Source of the DNA: Eledone cirrhosa
Taxonomy: Eukaryota
Length of the DNA: 64,000 nucleotides
Assembly (NCBI GenBank): GCA_964016885.1
Contig: OZ024750.1
Span: forward strand, 2,418,001 to 2,482,000
Direction: 5' to 3'
The translations under genes and the position numbers were made by a program. A model generated the notes under the pieces. It saw only the letters and a program-made list of their open reading frames with translations, did not search any database and was not told the DNA's origin. The number at the start of each line of letters is the position of its first letter. Position 1 is the stretch's first letter. Shown one piece after another: positions 13,871 through 27,388 of the stretch.

Positions 13871-14702
13871 AGTTTAACAGTAGCCAGTCTGTTAGACAGC
13901 CATAGTTAAGTGCTGCAGCTGTGAGGGAGAGTCAGAGAAGCTCTAAAGCAAACATCATCTTTACAAGTAAGTGATGGGTGGGGGGGCAGTAAAAAAGAGA
14001 TGGCAGTGATGACAATACAGTAGGGTGGAGGAGACGAGGGGAGAAGAAGCTACAACACTACACCAATCTACCTAATATCACACAACTCCTTCCTCCTCAA
14101 ATAAATCTACACTCTGTGTGTATCCCTCTTTCTACACATCTCATAACATATTCAATATGAAGCTCATCACCGTTGGCCGTACACTACTGACCTTGTCGTT
14201 CAGGACTCCGAGACAAATTGCTGCTTTATTATCAGGCTCAACAACTGGTGGCAGCAGTGGGAGGGAGGAGATGAGGAGGAGAAAGAGGAGGAGAAAGAGG
14301 GTGGCTTTCTAATGATTGTTGCAATTATTAAGCATAGTATTACTTACAGCGTTATTCAGCCAACATACCTGCCTGTGCTGATGAAAATCTATGTAGACAA
14401 ACCTGCTTGCGCTTGTGTCCCACTCTTTCAAGAGTGAGTGTCAGTGCACATGAGTGTGTATGTGTGTGTGAGAGTGAGATGATGGAGAGAGAGAGAGAGC
14501 TAGATAGCTAGAAAGAGAAAGAGAGAGAGCTAGATAGCTAGAAAGAGAGAGCTAGATAGCTAGAAAGAGAGAGCGAGAGAGAGAGGGGTGTATATGATTC
14601 AGATTGCTCCTTGAATTTAAATGCTGAATAGAGTGCAGGAGAGAGACGATGGAGAGATGGAGGAAGGCAGCCCCCCCCCCCCTCTCTGTTAGATGAGGTG
14701 AA

Positions 14703-17700
14703 AAGAGGAAGGAGATGGTGGAAAGGTAGAAGAGGAAGAAGGAGATGGTGGAAAGGTAGAAGGGGAAGAAGGAGACGGTGGAAAGGTAGAAGAGGAAGAA
14801 GGAGATGGTGGAAAGGTAGAAGAGGAAGAAGGAGACGGTGGAAAGGTAGAAGGGGAAGAAGGAGACGGTGGAAAGGTAGAAGGGGAAGAAGGAGACGGTG
14901 GAAAGGTAGAAGGGGAAGAAGGAGACGGTGGAAAGGTAGAAGAGGAAGAAGGAGATGGTGGAAAGGTAGAAGAGGAAGAAGGAGACGGTGGAAAGGTAGA
15001 AGGGGAAGAAGGAGATGGTGGAAAGGTAGAAGAGGAAGAAGGAGATGGTGGAAAGGTAGAAGAGGAAGAAGGAGATGGTGGAAAGGTAGAAGAGGAAGAA
15101 GGAGATGGTGGAAAGGTAGAAGGGGAAGAAGGAGACGGTGGAAAGGTAGAAGATGGAGAAGGAGATGGTGGAAAGGTAGAAGAGGAAGAAGGAGACGGTG
15201 GAAAGGTAGAAGGGGAAGAAGGAGACGGTGGAAAGGTAGAAGAGGAAGAAGGAGATGGTGGAAAGGTAGAAGAGGAAGAAGGAGATGGTGGAAAGGTAGA
15301 AGAGGAAGAAGGAGACGGTGGAAAGGTAGAAGGGGAAGAAGGAGACGGTGGAAAGGTAGAAGATGGAAGAAGGAGACGGTGGAAAGGTAGAAGGGGAAGA
15401 AGGAGATGGTGGAAAGGTAGAAGGGGAAGAAGGAGATCGTGGAAAGGTAGAAGGGGAAGAAGGAGATGGTGGAAAGGTAGAAGATGGAGAAGGAGACGGT
15501 GGAAAGGTAGAAGGGGAAGAAGGAGACGGTGGAAAGGTAGAAGGGGAAGAAGGAGATGGTGGAAAGGTAGAAGGGGAAGAAGGAGACGGTGGAAAGGTAG
15601 AAGGGGAAGAAGGAGACGGTGGAAAGGTAGAAGGGGAAGAAGGAGACGGTGGAAAGGTAGAAGGGGAAGAAGGAGACGGTGGAAAGGTAGAAGAGGAAGA
15701 AGGAGACGGTGGAAAGGTAGAAGGGGAAGAAGGAGACGGTGGAAAGGTAGAAGGGGAAGAAGGAGACGGTGGAAAGGTAGAAGAGGAAGAAGGAGACGGT
15801 GGAAAGGTAGAAGGGGAAGAAGGAGACGGTGGAAAGGTAGAAGGGGAAGAAGGAGATGGTGGAAAGGTAGAAGGGGAAGAAGGAGACGGTGGAAAGGTAG
15901 AAGGGGAAGAAGGAAACGGTGGAAAGGTAGAAGGGGAAGAAGGAGACGGTGGAAAGGTAGAAGAGGAAGAAGGAGACGGTGGAAAGGTAGAAGAGGAAGA
16001 AGGAGACGGTGGAAAGGTAGAAGGGGAAGAAGGAGATGGTGGAAAGGTAGAAGAGGAAGAAGGAGACGGTGGAAAGGTAGAAGAGGAAGAAGGAGATGGT
16101 GGAAAGGTAGAAGGGGAAGAAGGAGACGGTGGAAAGGTAGAAGAGGAAGAAGGAGACGGCGGAAAGGTAGAAGATGGAAGAAGGAGACGGTGGAAAGGTA
16201 GAAGAGGAAGAAGGAGATGGTGGAAAGGTAGAAGAGGAAGAAGGAGATGGTGGAAAGGTAGAAGAGGAAGAAGGAGACGGTGGAAAGGTAGAAGAGGAAG
16301 AAGGAGACGGTGGAAAGGTTGAAGAGGAAGAAGGAGACGGTGGAAAGGTAGAAGGGGAAGAAGGAGATGGTGGAAAGGCAGAAGGGGAAGAAGGAGACGG
16401 TGGAAAGGTAGAAGAGGAAGAAGGAGACGGTGGAAAGGTAGAAGGGGAAGAAGGAGACGGTGGAAAGGTAGAAGGGGAAGAAGGAGATGGTGGAAAGGTA
16501 GAAGACGGAGAAGGAGACGGTGGAAAGGTAGAAGGGGAAGAAGGAGACGGTGGAAAGGTAGAAGGGGAAGAAGGAGACGGTGGAAAGGTAGAAGAGGAAG
16601 AAGGAGACGGTGGAAAGGTAGAAGGGGAAGAAGGAGACGGTGGAAAGGTAGAAGGGGAAGAAGGAGATGGTGGAAAGGTAGAAGATGGAGAAGGAGACGG
16701 TGGAAAGGTAGAAGGGGAAGAAGGAGATGGTGGAAAGGTAGAAGATGGAGAAGGAGACGGTGGAAAGGTAGAAGGGGAAGAAGGAGACGGTGGAAAGGTA
16801 GAAGGGGAAGAAGGAGATGGTGGAAAGGTAGAAGATGGAGAAGGAGACGGTAGAAAGGTAGAAGGGGAAGAAGGAGACGGTGGAAAGGTAGAAGGGGAAG
16901 AAGGAGATGGTGGAAAGGTAGAAGGGGAAGAAGGAGACGGTGGAAAGGTAGAAGGGGAAGAAGGAGACGGTGGAAAGGTAGAAGGGGAAGAAGGAGATGG
17001 TGGAAAGGTAGAAGGGGAAGAAGGAGATGGTGGAAAGGTAGAAGGGGAAGAAGGAGACGGTGGAAAGGTAGAAGGGGAAGAAGGAGACGGTGGAAAGGTA
17101 GAAGGGGAAGAAGGAGACGGTGGAAAGGTAGAAGGGGAAGAAGGAGACGGTGGAAAGGTAGAAGAGGAAGAAGGAGACGGTGGAAAGGTAGAAGAGGAAG
17201 AAGGAGACGGTGGAAAGGTAGAAGGGGAAGAAGGAGACGGTGGAAAGGTAGAAGAGGAAGAAGGAGACGGTGGAAAGGTAGAAGAGGAAGAAGGAGATGG
17301 TGGAAAGGTAGAAGGGGAAGAAGGAGACGGTGGAAAGGTAGAAGAGGAAGAAGGAGACGGTGGAAAGGTAGAAGAGGAAGAAGGAGATGGTGGAAAGGTA
17401 GAAGGGGAAGAAGGAGACGGTGGAAAGGTAGAAGGGGAAGAAGGAGACGGTGGAAAGGTAGAAGGGGAAGAAGGAGACGGTGGAAAGGTAGAAGAGGAAG
17501 AAGGAGACGGTGGAAAGGTAGAAGGGGAAGAAGGAGATGGTGGAAAGGTAGAAGGGGAAGAAGGAGACGGTGGAAAGGTAGAAGGGGAAGAAGGAGACGG
17601 TGGAAAGGTAGAAGGGGAAGAAGGAGACGGTGGAAAGGTAGAAGGGGAAGAAGGAGACGGTGGAAAGGTAGAAGAGGAAGAAGGAGACGGTGGAAAGGTA

Positions 17701-18399
17701 GAAGAGGAAGAAGGAGACGGTGGAAAGGTAGAAGGGGAAGAAGGAGACGGTGGAAAGGTAGAAGGGGAAGAAGGAGATGGTGGAAAGGTAGAAGGGGAAG
17801 AAGGAGACGGTGGAAAGGTAGAAGATGGAGAAGGAGACGGTGGAAAGGTAGAAGAGGAAGAAGGAGACGGTGGAAAGGTAGAAGGGGAAGAAGGAGACGG
17901 TGGAAAGGTAGAAGGGGAAGAAGGAGACGGTGGAAAGGTAGAAGAGGAAGAAGGAGATGGTGGAAAGGTAGAAGGGGAAGAAGGAGACGGTGGAAAGGTA
18001 GAAGGGGAAGAAGGAGATGGTGGAAAGGTAGAAGGGGAAGAAGGAGACGGTGGAAAGGTAGAAGGGGAAGAAGGAGATGGTGGAAAGGTAGAAGGGGAAG
18101 AAGGAGACGGTGGAAAGGTAGAAGAGGAAGAAGGAGATGGTGGAAAGGTAGAAGAGGAAGAAGGAGATGGTGGAAAGGTAGAAGGGGAAGAAGGAGACGG
18201 TGGAAAGGTAGAAGGGGAAGAAGGAGACGGTGGAAAGGTAGAAGGGGAAGAAGGAGACGGTGGAAAGGTAGAAGGGGAAGAAGGAGACGGTGGAAAGGTA
18301 GAAGAGGAAGAAGGAGATGGTGGAAAGGTAGAAGGGGAAGAAGGAGACGGTGGAAAGGTAGAAGGGGAAGAAGGAGACGGTGGAAAGGTAGAAGATGGA
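14703..18399. repeat. 30-bp purine-rich minisatellite, about 123 copies
   Basis: Unit gaaggagacggtggaaaggtagaaggggaa with few variant sites; two 31-bp units near 15362 and 16173. Confidence 0.98.
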
Positions 18400-18474
18400 G
18401 TTGTTGGGAGGAGAGCAATATAGTGAAAGTGAAATTCAAGTCAGAATGAAGAGTAAGGGAGTGAATTTATATTT

Positions 18475-18702
18475 GTGTAAGTGTGAGTGTGTGAGTGTGT
18501 GTGGGTGTGTGTTTGTGAGTGTGTGTGGGTGTGTGTTTGTGAGTGTAGTGTTTGTGTGAGTGTGTGAGTGTGAGTGTGTGTCAGTATGTGGGTGTGAGTT
18601 TGTTTGTGAGTGTAGTGTGTGTATGTGTGGGTGTTATGTGGGTGGGTGTAGTGTGGGTGTGTGTAGTGTGTGTATGTGTGTGTAGTATGTGAATGTGTGT
18701 GC
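18475..18702. repeat. Degenerate (TG)n microsatellite
   Basis: Direct inspection. Confidence 0.9.
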
Positions 18703-20157
18703 ATTTGTCCTTCACAATTATCAGTGGGAAATACCCCACAATACCACATGGATCCAAAAATAAATGTTTTGTTCATAAATATATCCATCAAATTATTTCA
18801 TTGAAATGCATCTCAACTCACACAATTACACTCTCTCTCTCTTACTCTGCCTCTCTCTCCCACTCCCTCTATCTATTTCTATTTCATTCTCTCTCTCTCT
18901 CTCTCTATTTACCTCACATCCTATCTATCTCCATCTCTTTCTAAACTAACTTTACGGGATATATTGTTAAAAATGAAACATTTTGTGAGGTGCAACATTG
19001 AACAGGGTTGTTTATTTATAGTTTAGTTCCTACTGCAATTATTAGTGATGTGTGTGTTTATGGTAAATACATGTGTGTGTGTGTTTATGGTAAATACATG
19101 TGTGTGTGTGTTTATGGTAAATACATGTGTGTGTGTTTATGGGATGTGTATAGATACATATCATTATCAGCATCCTAAAAATCATCATCATTGTCATTAT
19201 CATCACCATATCATCATCATCAATATCATTATCATCATCTCCAGCACCAACAAGAATACCAATAAGGACGCCTCTAAGTGGTCATTCAGCATGCTAGAAA
19301 TAGCAACCAAATCTCCCTAAGTCATACCCTGTCATACTACCTTAAATAATGTAACAACATATGAGTAATGCAGTCCTTACAGTGGAAAGAAATAATGCAG
19401 TTATTGATAAGAGGAGTTGAAATTAATGTATGCAAGATTTCACAGCCCTAGCATCACTAGTTCATAGTCTATGGACTATTCAGCCAACCCTTGTATACAT
19501 ACTATGACAGCTTGATAATATCTGTCTTCACTATTTGTCTTCACTGTAGACAGATGTTGTAGGTACCAACAACTTATACCATTGCTACTCCAATAATACA
19601 ATCCCGGATGTTATAGAAGAATGTTCTCTGGGGAACTCCAAGTGTAAGCTGTTTCATAGTCCCAACAGAATGGAGAAAGAGAGAGACATGTTAAAATAAC
19701 CATACCTGCTTATGGGCTCACTCTTGTGGGTCCAACTCTGCCCTGATATCATTGAGTAGAGATGTGGCTCAGGGACCAACAATGTCAAAAGTCTCCCCTA
19801 TTATAGATTCAAGGCAAAGTTGGCCTAAGCAGAATTTAAACTCAGATTGCAGGAATACAGGAAGAAATACCACCAAGTATTTTTGTCCTATGATCTGGCA
19901 TTGCCAAGTCAATGCCGAATAAAGAATACCTGTAAAACACTTCTAATACTGTCTCTTTAAATCTTAAGACCTACAAATGAATACCTACACACATATACAC
20001 ATATACACACATATATTGACACACATTTACACACTCACATATACACACAGTGACACATATTTACATACATGCACTCATACATATACACACATATATATTG
20101 ACACACACACATTTACACACTCACACACATATGCACATACACACATATATACACACA

Positions 20158-20486
20158 TGGCTTAGTGGTTAGAGCATTGGCCTTGCAATCGAAAGGTTGT
20201 GAGTTCAATTCTCAGACCGGGTGATGTGTTGTTTCCTTGAGCAAGACACTTTATTTCACATTGCTCCAGTTTACTCAGCTGTAGAAATGAGATGATAGGA
20301 CTGGGGTCCCTATCATCCCACTGTAAAGTGGTCGTGGAGGTGCCACGGGAAAAAAGCACCCAGCACTCACTGTAAATGAGGTTGGTGTTAGGAAGGGCAT
20401 CCAGCTGTAGAAATCAAGCCAGAATCAGTTCCCGTCCCACCCTTGCAAGCAGGGAAAAGCGGATGTAAAATGATGATGATGATGAT
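20158..20486 (+). mobile_element. tRNA-derived SINE head with CORE-like domain (family B) joined to a family C 3' part
   Basis: A box tggcttagtggt, B box gagttcaattc, then ccttgagcaagacacttt...cagctgtagaaatgag. The head matches 49125..49256 on the minus strand. Confidence 0.8.
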
Positions 20487-21681
20487 ATACACACATGTAT
20501 AGATACTATAGGCATAAACACCAACACATAGAGCAGTCTGAAGTCTAACAAAAGACCCTTAACTGTTACAAAGAAAACATCGCATTCTTCTAGTTATAAA
20601 GAATAACATCTCCAATGTCTGTTGTTGCAGGTCAGCCTTGATCAGATAATACTCAGAGGCAACCATGACCATTCAGTTAATTATATATATATATATTGCA
20701 CCCAGTCCACCCTGTAAGGTGATCATACTGATGGCATGACAATAAGCACCCAGTTCACTCAGTTATGTGGTTGTTTCAGTGTCAAGATAAAAACATGGTT
20801 GGTGTTAGGAAGGGCATCCAGTCATAGAAACTAAAGGCATTCTAAGGCCAAGTATTGGTGTTCAATCAGGTGAAAGAATAAGTGTACTATTCAAGCAGAC
20901 CACAATGGGATTTGAACTCAGAATGTAAAGAGCTGCAACAAATACTGTAAAACATCATGTCCAACACTCTAACAATTTCCCCTGGATTGGTATTTATTTT
21001 AGCGACCTTAAAAGGATGAAAATCAAAGGTGAACCATAAATAAAATTTCATAAATACCAATTTAACCATAAGATAAAATAAACTCTCAGATTTCAAGATG
21101 TGTTTATTCAGTAATGAGTTGGGTAATAAAATAAACATTATTTTCAATCTATGTTGTGGAAATTTAATTCCTCTCTGAAGGGGAAAATACAATCCAGAGA
21201 AAAATATCACCAAGTTAATATTTATCTTAGGCTATTAGTTTTAAACACTTGAGCTTCTAATTCAACAGCTCAGTGAATTTTTATCAGTGGCTCTTTTTGG
21301 TGTTATATTAATATCAGTGATGTCCATGTTACTGTACAGTATATCACCCAGAATTCTTCTTTGTTTGTTGGCTACAACTGGATGTGTTATGTTAATAATG
21401 AGGAATGATAAAATATACGATTGAGAGAGAAATAAGGTATAAGAAGAATTGGATGTTGTGTGCAAGAAAGAAAACTGTGTAGGTATGGACATGTGATGCA
21501 TATGGTGACAATTTGGTAAAGAAGTGACAGAAGTTTCAAGAGAAAGATGAAAGAAGACAGACAGAAACAGTGAAAGCTAATCTCAGTATTTTGAACTTCA
21601 CAAAAGAGATAACAAAGGGAGGCAACAAGTGGTGAACTTTGCAGAGGATCCACTGAACCCAAGCATAGAAAAATGTATGGA

Positions 21682-21878
21682 AAAATAATAATAATTGTTT
21701 CTACTTTTGGCACAAGGCCAGCAATTATCCCAGTGTATTACTGGTACTTTATTTTATCGATCCCGTAAGGATGAAAGGTAAAGTTAACCTCGGCGGGATT
21801 TTAACTCAGACCATAAAGGGCCGTAACTCTTTGCTGCAAAGCAAGGTGTCCGACCCTCTACTGCCAATCTACCACTCC
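21682..21878 (-). mobile_element. Young tRNA-derived SINE (family A, about 190 bp, (ATT)n tail)
   Basis: High similarity to other copies; flanked by the direct repeat tggaaaaataataata (TSD). Confidence 0.9.
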
Positions 21879-21945
21879 TGGAAAAATAATAATAATGATA
21901 ATAACAACAATGATGCTGCTTGATTAACTGAACACTTTTATTTCT

Positions 21946-23343
21946 ATGTTTTCAATGGAGTTAACCACCAAATAACAAACCCATGCTTTCAATGGAGTTA
22001 ACCACCAAATAACAAACCCATGTTTTCAATGGTGTTAACCACCAAATAACAAACCCATGTTTTCAATGGAGTTAACCACCAAATAACAAACCCATGCTTT
22101 CAATGGTGTTAACCACCAAATAACAAACCCATGCTTTCAATGGAGTTAACCACCAAATAACAAACCCATGTTTTCAATGGTGTTAACCACCAAATAACAA
22201 ACCCATGCTTTCAATGGTGTTAACCACCAAATAACAAACCCATGTTTTCAATGGAGTTAACCACCAAATAACAAACCCATGTTTTCAATGGTGTTAACCA
22301 CCAAATAACAAACCCATGCTTTCAATGGAGTTAACCACCAAATAACAAACCCATGTTTTCAATGGAGTTAACCACCAAATAACAAACCCATGTTTTCAAT
22401 GGAGTTAACCACCAAATAACAAACCCATGTTTTCAATGGAGTTAACCACCAAATAACAAACCCATGCTTTCAATGGAGTTAACCACCAAATAACAAACCC
22501 ATGTTTTCAATGGAGTTAACCACCAAATAACAAACCCATGTTTTCAATGGAGTTAACCACCAAATAACAAACCCATGCTTTCAATGGAGTTAACCACCAA
22601 ATAACAAACCCATGTTTTCAATGGAGTTAACCACCAAATAACAAACCCATGTTTTCAATGGAGTTAACCACCAAATAACAAACCCATGTTTTCAATGGAG
22701 TTAACCACCAAATAACAAACCCATGCTTTCAATGGAGTTAACCACCAAATAACAAACCCATGTTTTCAATGGAGTTAACCACCAAATAACAAACCCATGC
22801 TTTCAATGGAGTTAACCACCAAATAACAAACCCATGTTTTCAATGGAGTTAACCACCAAATAACAAACCCATGTTTTCAATGGAGTTAACCACCAAATAA
22901 CAAACCCATGTTTTCAATGGTGTTAACCACCAAATAACAAACCCATGTTTTCAATGGTGTTAACCACCAAATAACAAACCCATGCTTTCAATGGTGTTAA
23001 CCACCAAATAACAAACCCATGTTTTCAATGGTGTTAACCACCAAATAACAAACCCATGTTTTCAATGGAGTTAACCACCAAATAACAAACCCATGTTTTC
23101 AATGGTGTTAACCACCAAATAACAAACCCATGTTTTCAATGGAGTTAACCACCAAATAACAAACCCATGTTTTCAATGGTGTTAACCACCAAATAACAAA
23201 CCCATGTTTTCAATGGTGTTAACCACCAAATAACAAACCCATGTTTTCAATGGTGTTAACCACCAAATAACAAACCCATGCTTTCAATGGTGTTAACCAC
23301 CAAATAACAAACCCATGTTTTCAATGGAGTTAACCACCAAATA
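21946..23343. repeat. 37-bp minisatellite, about 38 copies
   Basis: Unit atgttttcaatggagttaaccaccaaataacaaaccc with two variable sites and no spacers. Confidence 0.98.
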
Positions 23344-23545
23344 GAAAACCATTAGAAATAAAGATTCTTTGTTGAATATCAGAGAATATAAGGAAGAAAA
23401 TATATGAAGATAAATATAAAAGATAAGGTTAATAAATAGTATGGAATATTCATAGCAATGACTCTTTTAAAAAGAATCAGACTTTTAGAAGGTGCTACAG
23501 TATTTGATATGGAACAATCATTATAAGCAGAATTATAATTATAAT

Positions 23546-23738
23546 TAATTAATAATTGTTTCTACTATTAGCACAAGGCCAGAAATTACCCAGTGCATTA
23601 CTGGTACTTTATTTTATCGACCCCGTAAGGATGAAAGGCAAAGTTAACCTCGGCTGGATTTGAACTCAGATCGTAAAGGGACGTAACTATGCTGGAAAGC
23701 ATGACGTCCGACCCTCTACCGATACTGCCAATCCACCT
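23546..23738 (-). mobile_element. SINE family A copy
   Basis: Reverse complement of ggtggattggcagtatcggtagagggtcggac...gagttcaaatcc...gtagaaacaattatt. Confidence 0.9.
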
Positions 23739-24052
23739 AATGATGTTCAGTGTTACATGAAATAGATTTAGTGATCAAAATTAATAATTTATAAGATAGC
23801 TATTATATAACATGTGTAGAAATAGAAAATAAATATTGAAATGATGGAATGAAACCTGCCCCAAAAGAAACCTTTAGTAAGCAATGGAAGTCTCTGAAAC
23901 TATTGTCTATTGTTTTAGGTTTATGTTGCTTCCATTGGTACATTTCTATATTATTCTATGTACTATACATGCACCTTTGATGAGTTGTAGTGCACTTTAT
24001 TATTATTATTATTATTCTGCAATTATCTTTCAATGTTGTATTTTTATATATA

Positions 24053-24247
24053 CAAGGGTCAGCTGAAAAGTTCATAGGCTGACTATGAAAGAGTGATGCT
24101 AGAGCTGTGAAATCTTGCATGCATTAATTTTAACTCTTATTAATAACTGCCTTGTTTCTTTCTAGGGACTATGTTGAAAAATAAACCTCATTTGGTCATT
24201 CCATGAGAGTATCTTGGTCAGCCTATGAACTTTTCAGCTGACCTTTG
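24053..24247. mobile_element. Tc1/mariner-type MITE
   Basis: About 30-bp TIRs caagggtcagctgaaaagttcataggctgac / gtcagcctatgaacttttcagctgacctttg flanked by TA on both sides. Confidence 0.88.
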
Positions 24248-25306
24248 TATTTCAAAGCATGATTATACTTTGCATATTTGAAATATGTCAGCTCATTCTA
24301 AAATGGTTGCAATAATCTGTTTTAGTAAATGATGAACAAGTCAAAGTACTCAATACATGATTTCATGTAAATATATCAGCAATTTAGCTATGAGGAACTT
24401 CTGTTGAAAGTGGCGCAAAATAAAAATTAAAAAAATGTTTAAATCAATATACAAACTAAACAAAACAACATCTGTGACAAGATGAGAAAGAGAGAGAGAG
24501 AAAATCAATTATACCATTGATATATGATGTAAATAGACCTAAAAGAGAATATTTTGTAAGCTAGAGCTAAAGGGATCTTCAGCCAAGTATGTTTGGTACC
24601 AAGTTACAAAAAAATAATAATGATAATAATAATTAGATATTAGATGAAATAAAATTGAGAAAGAAGACACTGACAGGTAGAGTCACTGCTTAATAATGAA
24701 ATAGGTGAGGAATATCTGCATTTAATTAACCTACTTTATAGACTTGAACATCTCTTCTGCTAGACAGCATCAGTAGTCATATCATATAATCATATATTAA
24801 AATCATATATTAAAAATAAATTAATCATAATAATAGTATTAATTTAATAATGTTTGACAAAGTGATAAAGTTAATTAGATAATTAATATACATTGTTAAT
24901 AAGCAAATTGAAGTGTTGCAAAAGCAACAAAGAAGAAACTACCTTTTACTTCAATGGCCTATGTATATTAGAATAGTAAAAATCAATTAACCCTTTCATG
25001 ACTATATTTCTAATCATATACATTGTATTTCATTTAATTAATGTAGCATTCTAAGGGAATTACTAAAATTAAGTGAGACTGGAGGTTGAAGAAGAGAGCT
25101 GGGAAAAGATACTTGTCTTTGGATCTGTAATATCTCTTAACTTGCTTTAGAAGGCTGTGCCACAATTGGGAAGTCTCATTACCTTTCTATTATATATTGT
25201 AGTTTGTTGTGCTTTTCTTTTTCATAATTAATCCTGTTTATGTAATCAATCCCCAACATTTATGTAATTTGTCCTTGTAATGTCTCCTCAACTGTTGCCC
25301 TTGTGG

Positions 25307-25497
25307 CAGGTGGATTGGCAGTAGAGGGTCGGACGCCATGCTTTGCAGCAAAAAGTTACGGCCCTTTATGGTCTGAGTTCAAATCCCGCCGAGGTTAACT
25401 TTGCCTTTCATCCTTACGGGGTCAATAAAATAAAGTACCAGTAATAAACTGGGATAATTGCTGGCCTTGTGCCAAAAGTAGAAACAATTATTAATAA
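25307..25497 (+). mobile_element. SINE family A copy
   Basis: A-box-like tggcagtag, B box gagttcaaatccc, core ctttgcctttcatcct...gtacca, ATT tail. Confidence 0.9.
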
Positions 25498-26364
25498 TGA
25501 CTTTCAATGAACTCATATGGCAATACCTTTTAATAAAACGTGCTGTCCTAGTTAGAGCATTTTAGTGGAGAAGTTAATTGAAGCAGGCAAAATATGGATT
25601 ATTAAATTTCAAAAATGAACACATTATATGCACTTACAAACACATAGAATCTCTCTCTCTCTCTCTCTCTCTCCCTGTCTCTCACACACACATTGTCCAA
25701 GTATTATATCTATTTTTGAGATGTATAACATATAGAAACTTTGTCTTAAATTTAATTGTAATAATATCTGATTATTTCCTATTGAACTAAAGACAAATTT
25801 CAAATTTATTTATTTGCCTGTTGCATCTCTGTCTTGTTTTTATTTTTATCTATTTTTTCAGTAAAGAAATATTGCCCTTTAAAAGATTCCAACTTGCCAT
25901 GGTTTTATTATTTGCTATAATCCCTGCTGCGACATCTTCCTGCCAGACTTCTCTCCTCAGCAGACCTTCACTGACTCAATAACAGATTTACTTAGCTAAA
26001 TTTTCAAATAGCCTTAGATTTCTGACATTAACATTAAATATTGTCAGATTGCCAATGTTTTTATACATCATATTTCAATTTATAAGATGTTTGGCTGTGA
26101 CAAATTTAATAGTAGAAGGCTTCCTACTACTATAATATTTCAATATTAAGTATTTGGAAAACACTATCTTAGCTCTCTACAAGAATGAATAGCAAAAGTG
26201 CAAGATAACTGAAAGTTCCCTTAATTTTGGGAATATTTAAAAACCCCTAAAGTAAATATTTTAAATTTCTCATGAAAAGAAATGTCATTGTAAATTTGTA
26301 ACACAGTATACAGACAGCTAACTTTTAAATTATCATTTCACGCTTTTGATAATTTTATGTATGG

Positions 26365-26670
26365 ACCCATAACTCTGGGTGGAGTCATAGATAGCACTGT
26401 AGTGACATACAGCATCTCTTGGACAAACCTGGTCTAACCCATCCCTCTCCAGGTCTGAACACAGCTGATTTCTTCTAGAGAAGTAGAGAGAGTGACAGAG
26501 AAGAAGTGAAAAAAGATAGAGAGGAAGAATCAATCCCAGTATTTTCTTTATCAACCTTAAAAGAAAGAAGGGAAAAGTTGACCTTGGTAGGATTTGAATT
26601 CAGAGAGCAGAAAGCTGTAATAAATACTGCCAAGTATTCTAATCCATGTCCCAATGACTCTGCTAATTCA
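26365..26670 (-). mobile_element. SINE family D copy
   Basis: Collinear with 50803..51133. Confidence 0.72.
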
Positions 26671-27388
26671 GTCTATGGTACATGTTATATACTGCTTAAT
26701 ACAGAAGAAAAATTGATTTATTATTAAAAGACAGAATGAGAAAATAAATATTTCCATAAACAGAAAATGTTATAAAAACATTGATTTGAGAACTTGTACC
26801 AAGATTATATCATCTTCAACTTAGCAGATTCTCTTCAACAGCTTCTCTTTATTTCACTCACAAAGCCTGGGGCTATGGTAAAAGAAATTTACACAAGATA
26901 CCACAGAGTGTGACTGAACCCGGAATCTCATGGTTGTAAAGATAACTTCTTAATTATTCAACCATGTAGTGTCTAAAAAACTGCCAAATTCTGTACTAAG
27001 TTGCAAACTATCAATAATAAATTCTGGAGAATCAAATCAACCAATCATTCAACAAGTCCACCTTAACTTCCTCTACTGCAAGATCACTTAAATATTCATA
27101 TATACCATTATAGGCTTAAAAGGCAAAGTAGATTGAACAGCACCTCACACTACTAAATTCTATATAAAATAGTGAAGCTCACAGTCCAAACATAGACAGA
27201 AGTATATTTTATATACTAAAATTGTAGGTCAACTCATGAAATGTTGACTTTGTTGATTCACTTACTAGCATCTGTGGTTGCATTTATTATTATTATCATT
27301 ATTTAGCAGGGTTGTTAGGGTGTTGGACATATAATCAACTTTCCCCTCCCCTTAAAATTGTTGGCCTTGTCCCTAAATCAGAAACCAG

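Noticed and set aside
9389-13905. Tyr/Ile/Cys/Val-rich ORFs
   Set aside because: TA/TG microsatellite translations.
14552-18439. 1295-aa and 749-aa repeat ORFs ([18 protein letters not shown])
   Set aside because: The unit lacks stops in most frames, the array has internal frameshifts, and there are no unique domains.
20158-20225. tRNA gene
   Set aside because: Only a tRNA-derived SINE head; it continues into SINE core and lacks a proper acceptor stem.
21946-23343. CRISPR-like 37-bp repeats
   Set aside because: Head-to-tail with no spacers, no cas genes, eukaryotic context.
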